Origin: a virus
Taxonomy: Duplodnaviria > Caudoviricetes
IMG/VR virus record: IMGVR_UViG_3300025889_000117
Span: 1 to 63,203 of that record
Strand: one strand, 5' to 3'
DNA: 63,203 bases
Part shown: piece by piece, positions 49,915-58,610 of the stretch
Layout of the letters: each line of letters begins with the position of its first letter
Position numbering within the stretch: position 1 is the first letter of the stretch
Made by a program: the position numbers and the translations under genes
The notes under the pieces: model-generated
The model's input: the letters and a program-made list of their open reading frames with translations, nothing else
Databases searched by the model: none
What the model was told of the DNA's origin: nothing

Positions 49915-50265
49915 CTACACCTTACTTATGTATAATGTACCCGTTACTTTAATATCTAACTCAATAGCACTTAATTCTTTTTTACCTTTGATCTCAACCA
50001 TTTCACTAAAATCTTTGTTTAATTTTATATAACAACTTATTTCACATGATTCATTTGGTAGTAATTCAGTTCTAATACCAGTTATCTTTTTACAATAATT
50101 AACCTTTGTTTTATTACCATCTTCTTTGATAGTTTGAGCATTTATGCTTAGATTTCTTATAACATGGCGATTTTCATTAGTTAATTTATATTTTATAATT
50201 TTTTCTATATCTTCAAAACAATCTACATCATCAGTTATTTTCTCAATTTTGAGAGGTATTTTCAT
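49915..50265 (-). CDS. Hypothetical Ig-like protein
   Basis: ATGA coupling to portal; L.PNES beta pattern. Confidence 0.55.
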   Translation of the reverse strand: MKIPLKIEKITDDVDCFEDIEKIIKYKLTNENRHVIRNLSINAQTIKEDGNKTKVNYCKKITGIRTELLPNESCEISCYIKLNKDFSEMVEIKGKKELSAIELDIKVTGTLYISKV

Positions 50266-52229
50266 TCTTCCACCTCAATTTTTGTATCGGGTTTTCCATC
50301 TCTTTTTATAATATATGTTTTCTTTTGTTCTGCTATAGGTGTTTCTTTTTCTATTCTTTTTAAAAATTGATCCCATTCTTCTTCATTCATACCTGAAGAT
50401 TTATTACTTAAAGGACTACTACCGCTACCTCTAGGATCACCAAATCCAACTCCACCTTTATCACTAGGTCTTGAAACTTGAGGTTCACCATCAAATTTGG
50501 CTTGACTTTCTTTTGCTGGTTTTGGTGATTTTACTTTGTTTGGATCACCACTATTTGCACCTTCACCCGGACTATCTTTTGCTGCACCACCCATCATCAT
50601 TTGTGCCTCTTTATCAGGATTAGGATATTGTGATATTTTTAATTCATTTTCACCATCAAATGCAACATCAAATCCCATGCTATATAATTTAACAGCGTTG
50701 TCGATTTTTTGACCTTTGATTTGTTCTTCTCTTAACTCATCAATTTCTTCACTAGTGACTAATTGTATTCTCCAATCATATATATCTATAATTTTTGCTA
50801 TTTTATCAAAGAAATTTTCATTAAGGAATCTTTGAAACCATTTAATAGTTCTATTTGTAAGTGTTACTTGAAGTGCCTCATTACCTAATCCAGCTTTAGC
50901 CTGTTCACCATAAAATAATGGTTGAACACCATATACGGTAGATATAATCTGTCTCTGTTCTTTTCTTAATTCTGTTAACTCTAATTCTTTAAAGTTTGGA
51001 GTAAGATCTATGTATTCTAATGCTGAACTTACATTATCTGTATTAAGTAAAATTGGTCTTGGTAAATATGGATCTTGTCTAGCACCTTGTCTTTGTTTTT
51101 CCATAAATGAAGCTACTGATTCACCGTTTCTACTACCCATAACAAGTAAAGATTTTGGTGGTCTTTCTTTATCAAAATATTTCCACATATATTCATCTTG
51201 GAACATTAAAGACATGATTTTTTTCCATACTGATTGAATTGGTGAGTTACCGTATAATTGATCTGGATAATATTTTCCCGGAATCCATATTATTTCTTCT
51301 TTGGCATAAAACATTTTTTTAGGGTTGTTTGCTGGAACACCATAAGGTACACTATTGGTTTCTAAGAAAGCATTAAAACATTCACAGCCACATTGATTAC
51401 ATTTTGGTGATTCTTGTATATCTTCCCTATGTCCGTAATTTGGACAGATATATCTAGGCTTTCCATCTGAACCTATTCCTAACTGATTTTCTTCGTTTGC
51501 AATAACACTACAAAGCAAAGGTGATATTCTTATAATTTCATCTATTTTTGATTCCTTTGAATCTCTTACAGCTCTTTTCGTAGCACCTGTAATTGGATCA
51601 GGTTGATCTAATTGTTCTATTTTCCATTTTCTTGATATAAGAATATAACAATTATCAACTATATCTAGATCTCTTTCTGCCTGTCTTGCAACAATTTTAA
51701 GAGATTGTTCGTTATTATTTACAGGGTTATCAATAATTGATTGAAGTATTTGTCTATTTTTTGGATCAGGTTTACCCCATTTTCTAGGATTTTCATTACC
51801 ACATGAAGTACATCTTAATTTTTTATCTTTATTACCTAATTCAGAAATCTTAATAAATTCTTTAAGTGGTTCTTGTTCGTATTCTTTTAAACATACTAAA
51901 CATTTATGCTCAAATCTAGGAATTATTTCTATTCCGTTTCTAAACATTTCTCTTTGGATTGTTTCAATAACTGCCCTCAAATCACCAACATAATCTGCTA
52001 ATTCATATAATCTATTTGGTGCGACACGCCACATTGGGATTTTTGATCCGCTAGGTGTGTCCATATATGGATATGGGTTACTGGCTCTACTTTGTGATTG
52101 AACAAAGGTATCATTAAAGTCTTTCAACATATCATAGTGACTTTGAGTTACTCTCTCATAGTCTCCTTTATCTACCAAACGATAGTTTCTAGGATCTACT
52201 GTGTCCCTAATCCTGTCGATTACTCCCAT
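50262..52229 (-). CDS. Portal protein with zinc-ribbon insertions
   Basis: DL.IVDN.Y, YGNSPI, YF...RPPK, I..VYGV.P...G; inserted CLVC/CTSC and CPNYGH/CNQCG. Confidence 0.88.
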   Translation of the reverse strand: MGVIDRIRDTVDPRNYRLVDKGDYERVTQSHYDMLKDFNDTFVQSQSRASNPYPYMDTPSGSKIPMWRVAPNRLYELADYVGDLRAVIETIQREMFRNGIEIIPRFEHKCLVCLKEYEQEPLKEFIKISELGNKDKKLRCTSCGNENPRKWGKPDPKNRQILQSIIDNPVNNNEQSLKIVARQAERDLDIVDNCYILISRKWKIEQLDQPDPITGATKRAVRDSKESKIDEIIRISPLLCSVIANEENQLGIGSDGKPRYICPNYGHREDIQESPKCNQCGCECFNAFLETNSVPYGVPANNPKKMFYAKEEIIWIPGKYYPDQLYGNSPIQSVWKKIMSLMFQDEYMWKYFDKERPPKSLLVMGSRNGESVASFMEKQRQGARQDPYLPRPILLNTDNVSSALEYIDLTPNFKELELTELRKEQRQIISTVYGVQPLFYGEQAKAGLGNEALQVTLTNRTIKWFQRFLNENFFDKIAKIIDIYDWRIQLVTSEEIDELREEQIKGQKIDNAVKLYSMGFDVAFDGENELKISQYPNPDKEAQMMMGGAAKDSPGEGANSGDPNKVKSPKPAKESQAKFDGEPQVSRPSDKGGVGFGDPRGSGSSPLSNKSSGMNEEEWDQFLKRIEKETPIAEQKKTYIIKRDGKPDTKIEVEE

Positions 52230-52263
52230 ATTATACCAAATACTGTGATATTATATAAGTTTT

Positions 52264-52365
52264 CTAAACATATTCTTCTTCACAGTTACTACATTCAAAG
52301 ACTTGTTTGCCTTCATAGAAGTATGGTGTTTTAATCAATGTTTTTTTACATAGTTCGCATTTCAT
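52264..52365 (-). CDS. 33-aa zinc-ribbon microprotein (not in ORF track)
   Basis: MKCELCKK...FECSNCEEEYV. Confidence 0.5.
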   Translation of the reverse strand: MKCELCKKTLIKTPYFYEGKQVFECSNCEEEYV

Positions 52366-52413
52366 TAATTGTCTAAATCTGTTTCTTTATATATACGTTC
52401 ACATTCACGACAA

Positions 52414-52680
52414 TTATGCCATTTTTTTGTCATACTTCTTCTTCAATAGAGAATACATAATCATACCTATATTTATTATGGAAACAATTTCAATCAAATC
52501 CACCCCATATAAGAACCAATCCAAAATCGGATGTATTCTGCTCACTAATCCTGATTGTAGCATAAGATCTGCGTTCCATATCATATGTGGTATCTGAATA
52601 AACTGGATTACAGCAATTAATATCACTGAACCCAAAATCTTGTTTTCGTACCATTCCCAAAATCTACTCCACGGGTTCAT
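52414..52680 (-). CDS. Small membrane protein (start moved to MNPW)
   Basis: Two hydrophobic segments; overlaps the radA end. Confidence 0.55.
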   Translation of the reverse strand: MNPWSRFWEWYENKILGSVILIAVIQFIQIPHMIWNADLMLQSGLVSRIHPILDWFLYGVDLIEIVSIINIGMIMYSLLKKKYDKKMA

Positions 52681-53692
52681 CTTCTTCCTTTTCCTCTTTC
52701 TTTGCTTTAGCCTTTGCTTTTTTACGTTCTTTTTCAATTTCCTCTGCTATTTCTTTATCTACAACACCAGCTTCACTTAATCCAAATGCAACTTCAATTT
52801 TTGCGTGTTTTGGACTATCAACCATTATAGCTATTCTATATGCACCTGATTTTTTGAAATATACTCTATATGTTGATTTATGTGCAAGTACAGTTCCCCC
52901 AACTGCCGTAACTGGATCACCGTAAAATACTCCGGGATTGATCATAACTTGGTTTGTCCATATAATTGCTATATTATGAAAATCAGCAATATTACTAGCC
53001 ATTGTTAAAAACTCATCAAGATATTTCTGTCTTTCAGATAACATACCTCTACCTGAAAAATCTTGTCTGAATAATCCTATTGCAGAGTCCATGATTATAA
53101 GTTTTATATTATTTGGATTTGATAACATTTCTTCTATTTGTTGAAGAATCATATATTGATCTGCTGAATTATAAGCCTTAACTCTAATTATTCTTTCTAG
53201 TGCTTTATCTTCATCTAAATTCAGATACTTTGCTATACTTCTTATCCTACTTGGTTCAAATGTTCCCTCAGAGTCAAGATATATTGCATCACCATCAAGA
53301 CCACCTTGATCTTTTGGTAACTGTACTCTTACACACATTGTATGGCAGAATTGGGTTTTGCCACAACCGAACTCCCCATATATTTCAGTTGTAGCTCCAC
53401 ACTCAATTCCACCTGTGAAGAGTTTGTCAAGTGCATTAGTTCCAGTTGTAATTTTTTCTATATTTCTATCCTCTTCATCAGCTTCCAATCCAGTTTGAAA
53501 TAATGGTTTTGAATTAAACACAGCTCTTGCTTTTTTAAACAAACCGATCGCACTTTCGTTATCTATACCTAACATTTCTGCTACTTTCGGTGGTGGTATT
53601 ACGAATAACTGTTCTACTGTTGTAATTCCATGCTCTGCAAATTTATCTGCATTTGCTTTACCTATACCTTTTAACTTTGTAATTTCTGTCAC
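52664..53692 (-). CDS. radA: Archaeal DNA recombinase RadA
   Basis: HhH N-domain LKGIG, ITTG...LD....GGIE, Walker A GEFGCGKTQ, DSEGTF.P.RI, Walker B LIIMDS, GRG.L.ERQ, TNQV, GG.VLAH, DSP. Confidence 0.96.
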   Translation of the reverse strand: MTEITKLKGIGKANADKFAEHGITTVEQLFVIPPPKVAEMLGIDNESAIGLFKKARAVFNSKPLFQTGLEADEEDRNIEKITTGTNALDKLFTGGIECGATTEIYGEFGCGKTQFCHTMCVRVQLPKDQGGLDGDAIYLDSEGTFEPSRIRSIAKYLNLDEDKALERIIRVKAYNSADQYMILQQIEEMLSNPNNIKLIIMDSAIGLFRQDFSGRGMLSERQKYLDEFLTMASNIADFHNIAIIWTNQVMINPGVFYGDPVTAVGGTVLAHKSTYRVYFKKSGAYRIAIMVDSPKHAKIEVAFGLSEAGVVDKEIAEEIEKERKKAKAKAKKEEKEEDEPVE

Positions 53693-53725
53693 AAGTTTTT
53701 AATAGTATAACTTCCATATAAACAT

Positions 53726-53917
53726 ATGGCGATCGCAACAGTGTATGTAATAAAAGATAATCAAATAATAAGAGAGTTTGATATGGAATACGAAAATGCT
53801 ATAAGATCATATTGGGGTAAATCTGGGTACTATGTGGCAAAAAAAGGTATTAAGGTTCCTTTTCAACATCAGATGGCTGAATTGAAAGATGTTCATCCTC
53901 AAGGTCAGAATCACTAA
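53726..53917 (+). CDS. Hypothetical protein
   Basis: Divergent ORF with TATA-like upstream. Confidence 0.4.
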   Translation: MAIATVYVIKDNQIIREFDMEYENAIRSYWGKSGYYVAKKGIKVPFQHQMAELKDVHPQGQNH

Positions 53918-54206
53918 GTATTTTTTTAAGTTCACTTAATTTTTCTGAATCACTTAATTTATCATCATTAAAAATTTTCTCTGTTTCTTCAATTAGTTTT
54001 TTTGTTACCTTTTGTATTATTTGTTGTTTTCTTGAAATCTCAGTAAATGCTGTTGTAGATACTGCTAAACATCTTGCTAAGTCTTTTGGTGATAAATCTT
54101 TAATTGAACATTCAACTATAACTGCACTTTTATTTTTAATTGCACCATATGATATTTGTCTTAATTGTTTAATTTGCTCCTTGATTCTAGGAGTCATTTG
54201 AACCAT
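53850..54206 (-). CDS. Hypothetical helical protein
   Basis: First gene of the long minus-strand block. Confidence 0.55.
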   Translation of the reverse strand: MVQMTPRIKEQIKQLRQISYGAIKNKSAVIVECSIKDLSPKDLARCLAVSTTAFTEISRKQQIIQKVTKKLIEETEKIFNDDKLSDSEKLSELKKILSDSDLEDEHLSIQPSDVEKEP

Positions 54207-54269
54207 GATTAATTCATATTATAATAGTTAATAAGTGTTATTAATCATATTACCCCAAAAAAAATTACT

Positions 54270-54445
54270 AGTATGTATATACATGATCAGGTTTTTCTAA
54301 AAATATGATCATGATCATAAAAATAAAAAAATATGATCATATTTCATAAAATTTAAAGAAATATGCCCTATTTACCACCGTTTGATAGGAAAACATGTAA
54401 TATAAACGTTATGTGCATAATAATGAAATTTATATGATCATGTAT
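54270..54445. promoter_or_regulatory. Strand-switch intergenic region with five ATGATCA sites
   Basis: TGATCA at 54284, 54306, 54312, 54334, 54435. Confidence 0.5.
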
Positions 54446-54458
54446 GTACATATTCATA

Positions 54459-54731
54459 ATGAGTAATTGGAATGAATTGTTAGATATTAGGCGTGGTAAA
54501 TTTATTATTGATTTTAGAATATGTAATCCAATATCACATACAAAAGGAGATACTTATTTTGATTCAGAACGTGCATGGATTAATTTAATGCCACATGAAA
54601 ATCTTTGGGATATTTATGATACAATTAATCACGAAGCACTACATATTGCTTTACATAGAGAAGAAATTAATGATGATTCAGAGCATTTATTGTTCAAATA
54701 TATTGCTTGGGTTCAAAATGAATGGATTTAA
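54459..54731 (+). CDS. Minimal HEXXH zincin-like protein
   Basis: TINHEALHIAL...EH. Confidence 0.55.
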   Translation: MSNWNELLDIRRGKFIIDFRICNPISHTKGDTYFDSERAWINLMPHENLWDIYDTINHEALHIALHREEINDDSEHLLFKYIAWVQNEWI

Positions 54732-54994
54732 GGTATAAATAATTTTTCAAATGTTTGATATGCGGCAAAACCTGCTCCCATTAATGCTATTACAAAATAA
54801 ACACGCCTATCTTTCCTTTTTGCAAGTCGATCTAGTTCATTTTTCTTATATTCATCTAATTCTTGTTCTACTTTTAAATGAACTTCAATTTTTTTCTCTA
54901 ATTCTGCTTGCCTATTACATAAATTATTAATTTCTTTACGAATATCTTCAAAACTATCTATTACACGCTTAACAAATTCTTCCTGAGATAACAT
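54728..54994 (-). CDS. Coiled-coil protein with C-terminal TM helix
   Basis: Coiled coil followed by VYFVIALMGAGFAAY. Confidence 0.6.
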   Translation of the reverse strand: MLSQEEFVKRVIDSFEDIRKEINNLCNRQAELEKKIEVHLKVEQELDEYKKNELDRLAKRKDRRVYFVIALMGAGFAAYQTFEKLFIP

Positions 54995-55172
54995 AATAGG
55001 TTATAAATACTAAAACTTATAAATTTAATTATAATCATTCGTTACTTTTGCAAGTAAACCCTCAATACACATATGTCTATACCAGTAAATATCATTTCTT
55101 GACTCACTTTCAGCTTTTTCTTTGTAAATTTTACTCCATTTTTCCCATTCAGGTACATGATCTAATGTATTA

Positions 55173-55370
55173 TTATTTTTTTCCGTCATTTTTTACCAAC
55201 TCTTCATTATTTTTTACTTCTTTTGTAATAGCTAATTTAGCAAAAATCTCAACCTTACTAACTAATTCATTATAACTTGCCATTGTACGATTAATATCCG
55301 TACCTACAATAGTAATTAATTGACCAATCTCTCTTATTAGTTGCTCTTTAGGGTGTATATTTTCTGTCAT
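55173..55370 (-). CDS. Hypothetical protein
   Basis: ORF with upstream TTTATAA. Confidence 0.5.
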   Translation of the reverse strand: MTENIHPKEQLIREIGQLITIVGTDINRTMASYNELVSKVEIFAKLAITKEVKNNEELVKNDGKK

Positions 55371-55404
55371 TTAATTTAAATTGTAGTTGTATCTTATAAA
55401 CCTT

Positions 55405-55557
55405 ATGGCTTTACAGTGTATTGTCCCTACTTGGTTTGCAGATTCAGCAAAATTATGGTATGATCAAGGACTTTTCCCTGAAAATGAATTTATTTTTGCA
55501 ATAAATTTTATGGTTAAAAATTTATTGGCAAGATGCTTTGATGTAGCAATAGTTTAA
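55405..55557 (+). CDS. 50-aa stand-alone copy of a thaumarchaeal IP.W...A.WW..G....EF...I.YL-type domain (not in ORF track)
   Basis: VPTWFADSAKLWYDQGLFPENEFIFAINFMV; TTTAAA ~25 nt upstream. Confidence 0.55.
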   Translation: MALQCIVPTWFADSAKLWYDQGLFPENEFIFAINFMVKNLLARCFDVAIV

Positions 55558-55581
55558 ATTAGAGTTTATTCTTATTTTATT

Positions 55582-55746
55582 ATGTCATGTCCTCATTGTG
55601 GAAAAAAAACAAACAGAGTAGAAAAAGAATTTTTTGAAAAAGGTAAATATGATGAAGCTTTACCTGAAATAGAAGTTATGAATATAATTTTGGCTTGTTC
55701 TGAATGTGGATATGGGTGGAATTGTATAGGAACAAAAAAGATTTAA
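55582..55746 (+). CDS. 54-aa zinc-ribbon microprotein (not in ORF track)
   Basis: MSCPHCG...ACSECGYGW. Confidence 0.6.
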   Translation: MSCPHCGKKTNRVEKEFFEKGKYDEALPEIEVMNIILACSECGYGWNCIGTKKI

Positions 55747-55770
55747 ATATATGTTTATAAATAATAAAAT

Positions 55771-56034
55771 ATGCCAAAAATCACAAGTATGGGGGAAGGT
55801 TTAGCAAGATTAAACAGAATTTGTCCGGGAATTAGTTTGTCTAATAAAGATATATTAGATATTATTGATGGTGAAACAAACGCTGTGATTAAACGTTTTA
55901 ATGAAAAGAAAAATAAACCTGTAACTAAAAAAGAAAAAAAGATTGAATCTGAACCAAAGAAAAGTGAAGATGTTTATAATCCAGAAGTAGCCTCAAATGA
56001 TGAAAAGGCTTTTGATGAATATTTTAACGACTAG
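55771..56034 (+). CDS. Hypothetical protein
   Basis: TTTAAATA ~25 nt upstream. Confidence 0.6.
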   Translation: MPKITSMGEGLARLNRICPGISLSNKDILDIIDGETNAVIKRFNEKKNKPVTKKEKKIESEPKKSEDVYNPEVASNDEKAFDEYFND

Positions 56035-56412
56035 TTTATACTTTAAATACTTTAAATATTAACAAACAATTATGTCATATGTAGATTTAAATGTAAAGGA
56101 TCTTAGAAGAATGTTAAGTATCTTTGCACAGTTATTTGTAGATAAACCTCTTACTGAAGCAGATGAAAAATTAAAAAAGAAATTAGAAGTCATGCTTGAA
56201 GCCGAAACCGATTGGGAAGAAGATTCTGAAGAAGATTAATATTACCCCAACGTTATATGAAATTGGCGATGAAGAAACACTTGAATCACTACTTCTACCA
56301 CATATGAATAGTGACTGACTATATCTTAGATCGATAGTAAAAAAAACCCGAATGGAGAAAAAATAGAAATCTGAGCCATTTACTTTAAATGTAAGTCTTT
56401 ATAAATAAGATA

Positions 56413-57171
56413 TTGCCTAGACTAACAGACATTACTGGTAATTGGTTTCCAGATCCTACATTACTTGTAGATATTACCCATGGCGGTGTCCCTAATTTAA
56501 AAAGTGTTGGTAAATTTGGTCATAACTTTGCCGTATCAAATACAGGTGATCCTGAAGATATATGGGAAGATGGGGGTAATTTGGTTTATCTTACCAGTGC
56601 AGAAACAATGACCATAGTTAGTACAAGTACCGAAGATGATGTTGGTGGTACAGGTGCAGAAAATATTATAATAGAAGGACTAGATAATGATTGGAAAGAA
56701 ATATCAGAAAAAATTAATCTCAATGGTACTGATGCAGTTGTTACAACAAAATCATTTATAAGAATAAACAGGGCGTACTGTGATGATGTAGGTAGCGAGG
56801 GAGTTAACCTTGGACTTATAACTATTGATGCAACAATAGCAGGTACTAGACAGGGATCAATTCAAACAAATGACGGTCAAACACAAAAGACACAATTTTC
56901 AATACCAGTAGGTAGAACTGGATATGTAAGACATTTTTGGGCTAACTGTGGTAAGGGTGATGATGCTACTGTAAGATTAATGGTTAGAAACTTTGGGAAA
57001 TCATGGAGAATACAAAGAGAGATAAAACTATTTGAATCTGTAGTTGATATAGAATTACAATCATATATAAAATTACCAGCAAAATCAGATATTAGGGTAG
57101 AAGCAATAAGTGGAGTTACTAACGGTATTAGTGTAGCAAGTGGATATGATTTATATATTTCAGGTCGCTAA
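56413..57171 (+). CDS. Conserved beta-rich phage protein of unknown function
   Basis: KFG.N, EDIW..G, STS..D...GTGA..I.IEGLD, LNGT..V.T...F.RINR, LP.KSDI. Confidence 0.7.
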   Translation: MPRLTDITGNWFPDPTLLVDITHGGVPNLKSVGKFGHNFAVSNTGDPEDIWEDGGNLVYLTSAETMTIVSTSTEDDVGGTGAENIIIEGLDNDWKEISEKINLNGTDAVVTTKSFIRINRAYCDDVGSEGVNLGLITIDATIAGTRQGSIQTNDGQTQKTQFSIPVGRTGYVRHFWANCGKGDDATVRLMVRNFGKSWRIQREIKLFESVVDIELQSYIKLPAKSDIRVEAISGVTNGISVASGYDLYISGR

Positions 57172-57200
57172 TCTTATAAGCAATAGCCTCAAAGCCTAAT

Positions 57201-57288
57201 TGTGAGAGAGTCAGAGTTCGACATTCTTGTGCGTTGGTGTGTAAACACATAAACGTATTCCCCTCAATTATATCCTAGTTGGGGGGAC
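57201..57288 (+). ncRNA. Candidate three-hairpin small RNA
   Basis: CTTATAAG ~25 nt upstream; stems GCGTT.GTGTG/CACAT.AACGT and TCCCCTCAATTA/TAGTTGGGGGGA with G-U pairs valid on plus strand. Confidence 0.4.
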
Positions 57289-57319
57289 ATTATAAATAAA
57301 AAAACGGTCTAGTCTTACG

Positions 57320-57442
57320 CTACCAAACCGATCCTTTGTCAGAACAATCTAACTGTGATCCGCAGTTATCACATCTTAGATGACATGGTTGTATTTCATT
57401 CATTCTGAAATCACATACCATACACAACTCGTCAGATTTCAT
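57320..57442 (-). CDS. 40-aa zinc-finger microprotein (not in ORF track)
   Basis: MKSDELCMVC...CHLRCDNCGSQLDCSDKGSVW; TTTATATA ~25 nt upstream. Confidence 0.7.
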   Translation of the reverse strand: MKSDELCMVCDFRMNEIQPCHLRCDNCGSQLDCSDKGSVW

Positions 57443-57476
57443 AATATTTATAAACCGTTATCATATATAAAGTTTC

Positions 57477-57552
57477 GGTGGTGTGTGCGTAACGTCAATC
57501 GTGAGACGGCAGGATCTCATCACTGGGGGGTAATTCTCACGATACCCCTCAG
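57477..57552 (+). ncRNA. Candidate pseudoknotted small RNA
   Basis: TTTATAAA ~25 nt upstream; stems GGTGGTG/CATCACT and CTGGGGGGTA/TACCCCTCAG; ATCGTGAGA complementary to TCTCACGAT. Confidence 0.5.
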
Positions 57553-57588
57553 TTATATTTATATGATGTAAAGTTATAACTTCCTATT

Positions 57589-57690
57589 ATGTCAGAATGT
57601 CCAACTTGTTCAGATGGCGGTATAGTTGAAAACCACGGGGGTTGTCACACTTGTCGCCAATGTGGATGGAGTGCTTGTCCTAGCGGATAA
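57589..57690 (+). CDS. 33-aa peptide resembling the C-terminal Cys cluster of class II ribonucleotide reductases (not in ORF track)
   Basis: CPTC...GGCHTCRQCGWSAC. Confidence 0.65.
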   Translation: MSECPTCSDGGIVENHGGCHTCRQCGWSACPSG

Positions 57691-57722
57691 CATTTTTATA
57701 TCCCATTAACCTTTCTTTTTTT

Positions 57723-58052
57723 ATGGACAGGGATTTATATTTAGATGGGTTAGCCCAAATTGACGTTCTTATGATTGATGAAGATAACAACTTGTTCAAG
57801 GTTAAGAAGGAATACTATGATGAATCATTAACCCATTGGAAAGATATGATAAAGTTATTCCCTAAACAAACAAAGTTTACCGTCTTTAATTATTGTTGCA
57901 TTACTGAATTACAAAAACGTTTGGGGGATATTAGTGATGAAGAACTTACAAATTATACAATGTTATTAATTCAAATAATGAGTGTTTCAGGAATATATAA
58001 AAAACTATTTGGCGAGGGGTGGGAGAAGGAATTATTAGACTATGAGCCGTAA
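57723..58052 (+). CDS. Hypothetical protein
   Basis: TTTTATA ~25 nt upstream. Confidence 0.6.
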   Translation: MDRDLYLDGLAQIDVLMIDEDNNLFKVKKEYYDESLTHWKDMIKLFPKQTKFTVFNYCCITELQKRLGDISDEELTNYTMLLIQIMSVSGIYKKLFGEGWEKELLDYEP

Positions 58053-58284
58053 AGATTGGGACTGTAAAGATTGTGGTAGAGAATTACCAATGGACTCTAA
58101 TCGGGGTAGGATCTACTGTGCAGAATGTGCGTATCAAAGAAGAAAGAAACATATGAACGCTATGAATATGCACCGAAGAATGATACCTAAATATATAATG
58201 CTACAAAGAATTATAAAGGATAACTTTAAAATAATGCAAAGTATGAACGTGACCGACAATGGGTGCGAAGCACCCGATCCATAA
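58042..58284 (+). CDS. Small zinc-finger protein
   Basis: CKDCG...YCAEC. Confidence 0.65.
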   Translation: MSRKDWDCKDCGRELPMDSNRGRIYCAECAYQRRKKHMNAMNMHRRMIPKYIMLQRIIKDNFKIMQSMNVTDNGCEAPDP

Positions 58285-58360
58285 TTTTAACCTTATATAT
58301 ATCTTTTTCGGGCGATCGGTAGGGGGAACCTTAATATTGGGGGATAGCCTACCTCTATTA

Positions 58361-58528
58361 ATGAACATTAGAGAAATCCTAACAAGGCAAAATCGCATGA
58401 ATGAGTATGTATATCAAGTAATGAAAAGCATGAATGATGAGTTAAAGATACTTGGTGATGCACTAGAGATGTATGAAAAAAGAATTGGAGAGATCGAACT
58501 TAAATTAATGCAGTTAGAAAATCGCTGA
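58361..58528 (+). CDS. Small coiled-coil protein (start moved to MNIREIL)
   Basis: CTTAATA ~25 nt upstream. Confidence 0.5.
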   Translation: MNIREILTRQNRMNEYVYQVMKSMNDELKILGDALEMYEKRIGEIELKLMQLENR

Positions 58529-58535
58529 ACACTAA

Positions 58536-58610
58536 TCAAGCCAGTATTACGAATACTGTGGTATAGGCGATGGCAAGGATACCTGCACCTATGTAGAAGA
58601 ATTTGTTCAT
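58536..58610 (-). CDS. 24-aa single-TM peptide (not in ORF track)
   Basis: MNKFFYIGAGILAIAYTTVFVILA; ATTTAAATA ~25 nt upstream. Confidence 0.5.
   Translation of the reverse strand: MNKFFYIGAGILAIAYTTVFVILA

Noticed and set aside
56240-56380. Another possible structured RNA (TCACTACTTC/GAATAGTGA and ACTAT/ATAGT stems)
   Set aside because: Stems are short and AT-rich with no clear promoter or strand; too weak to call
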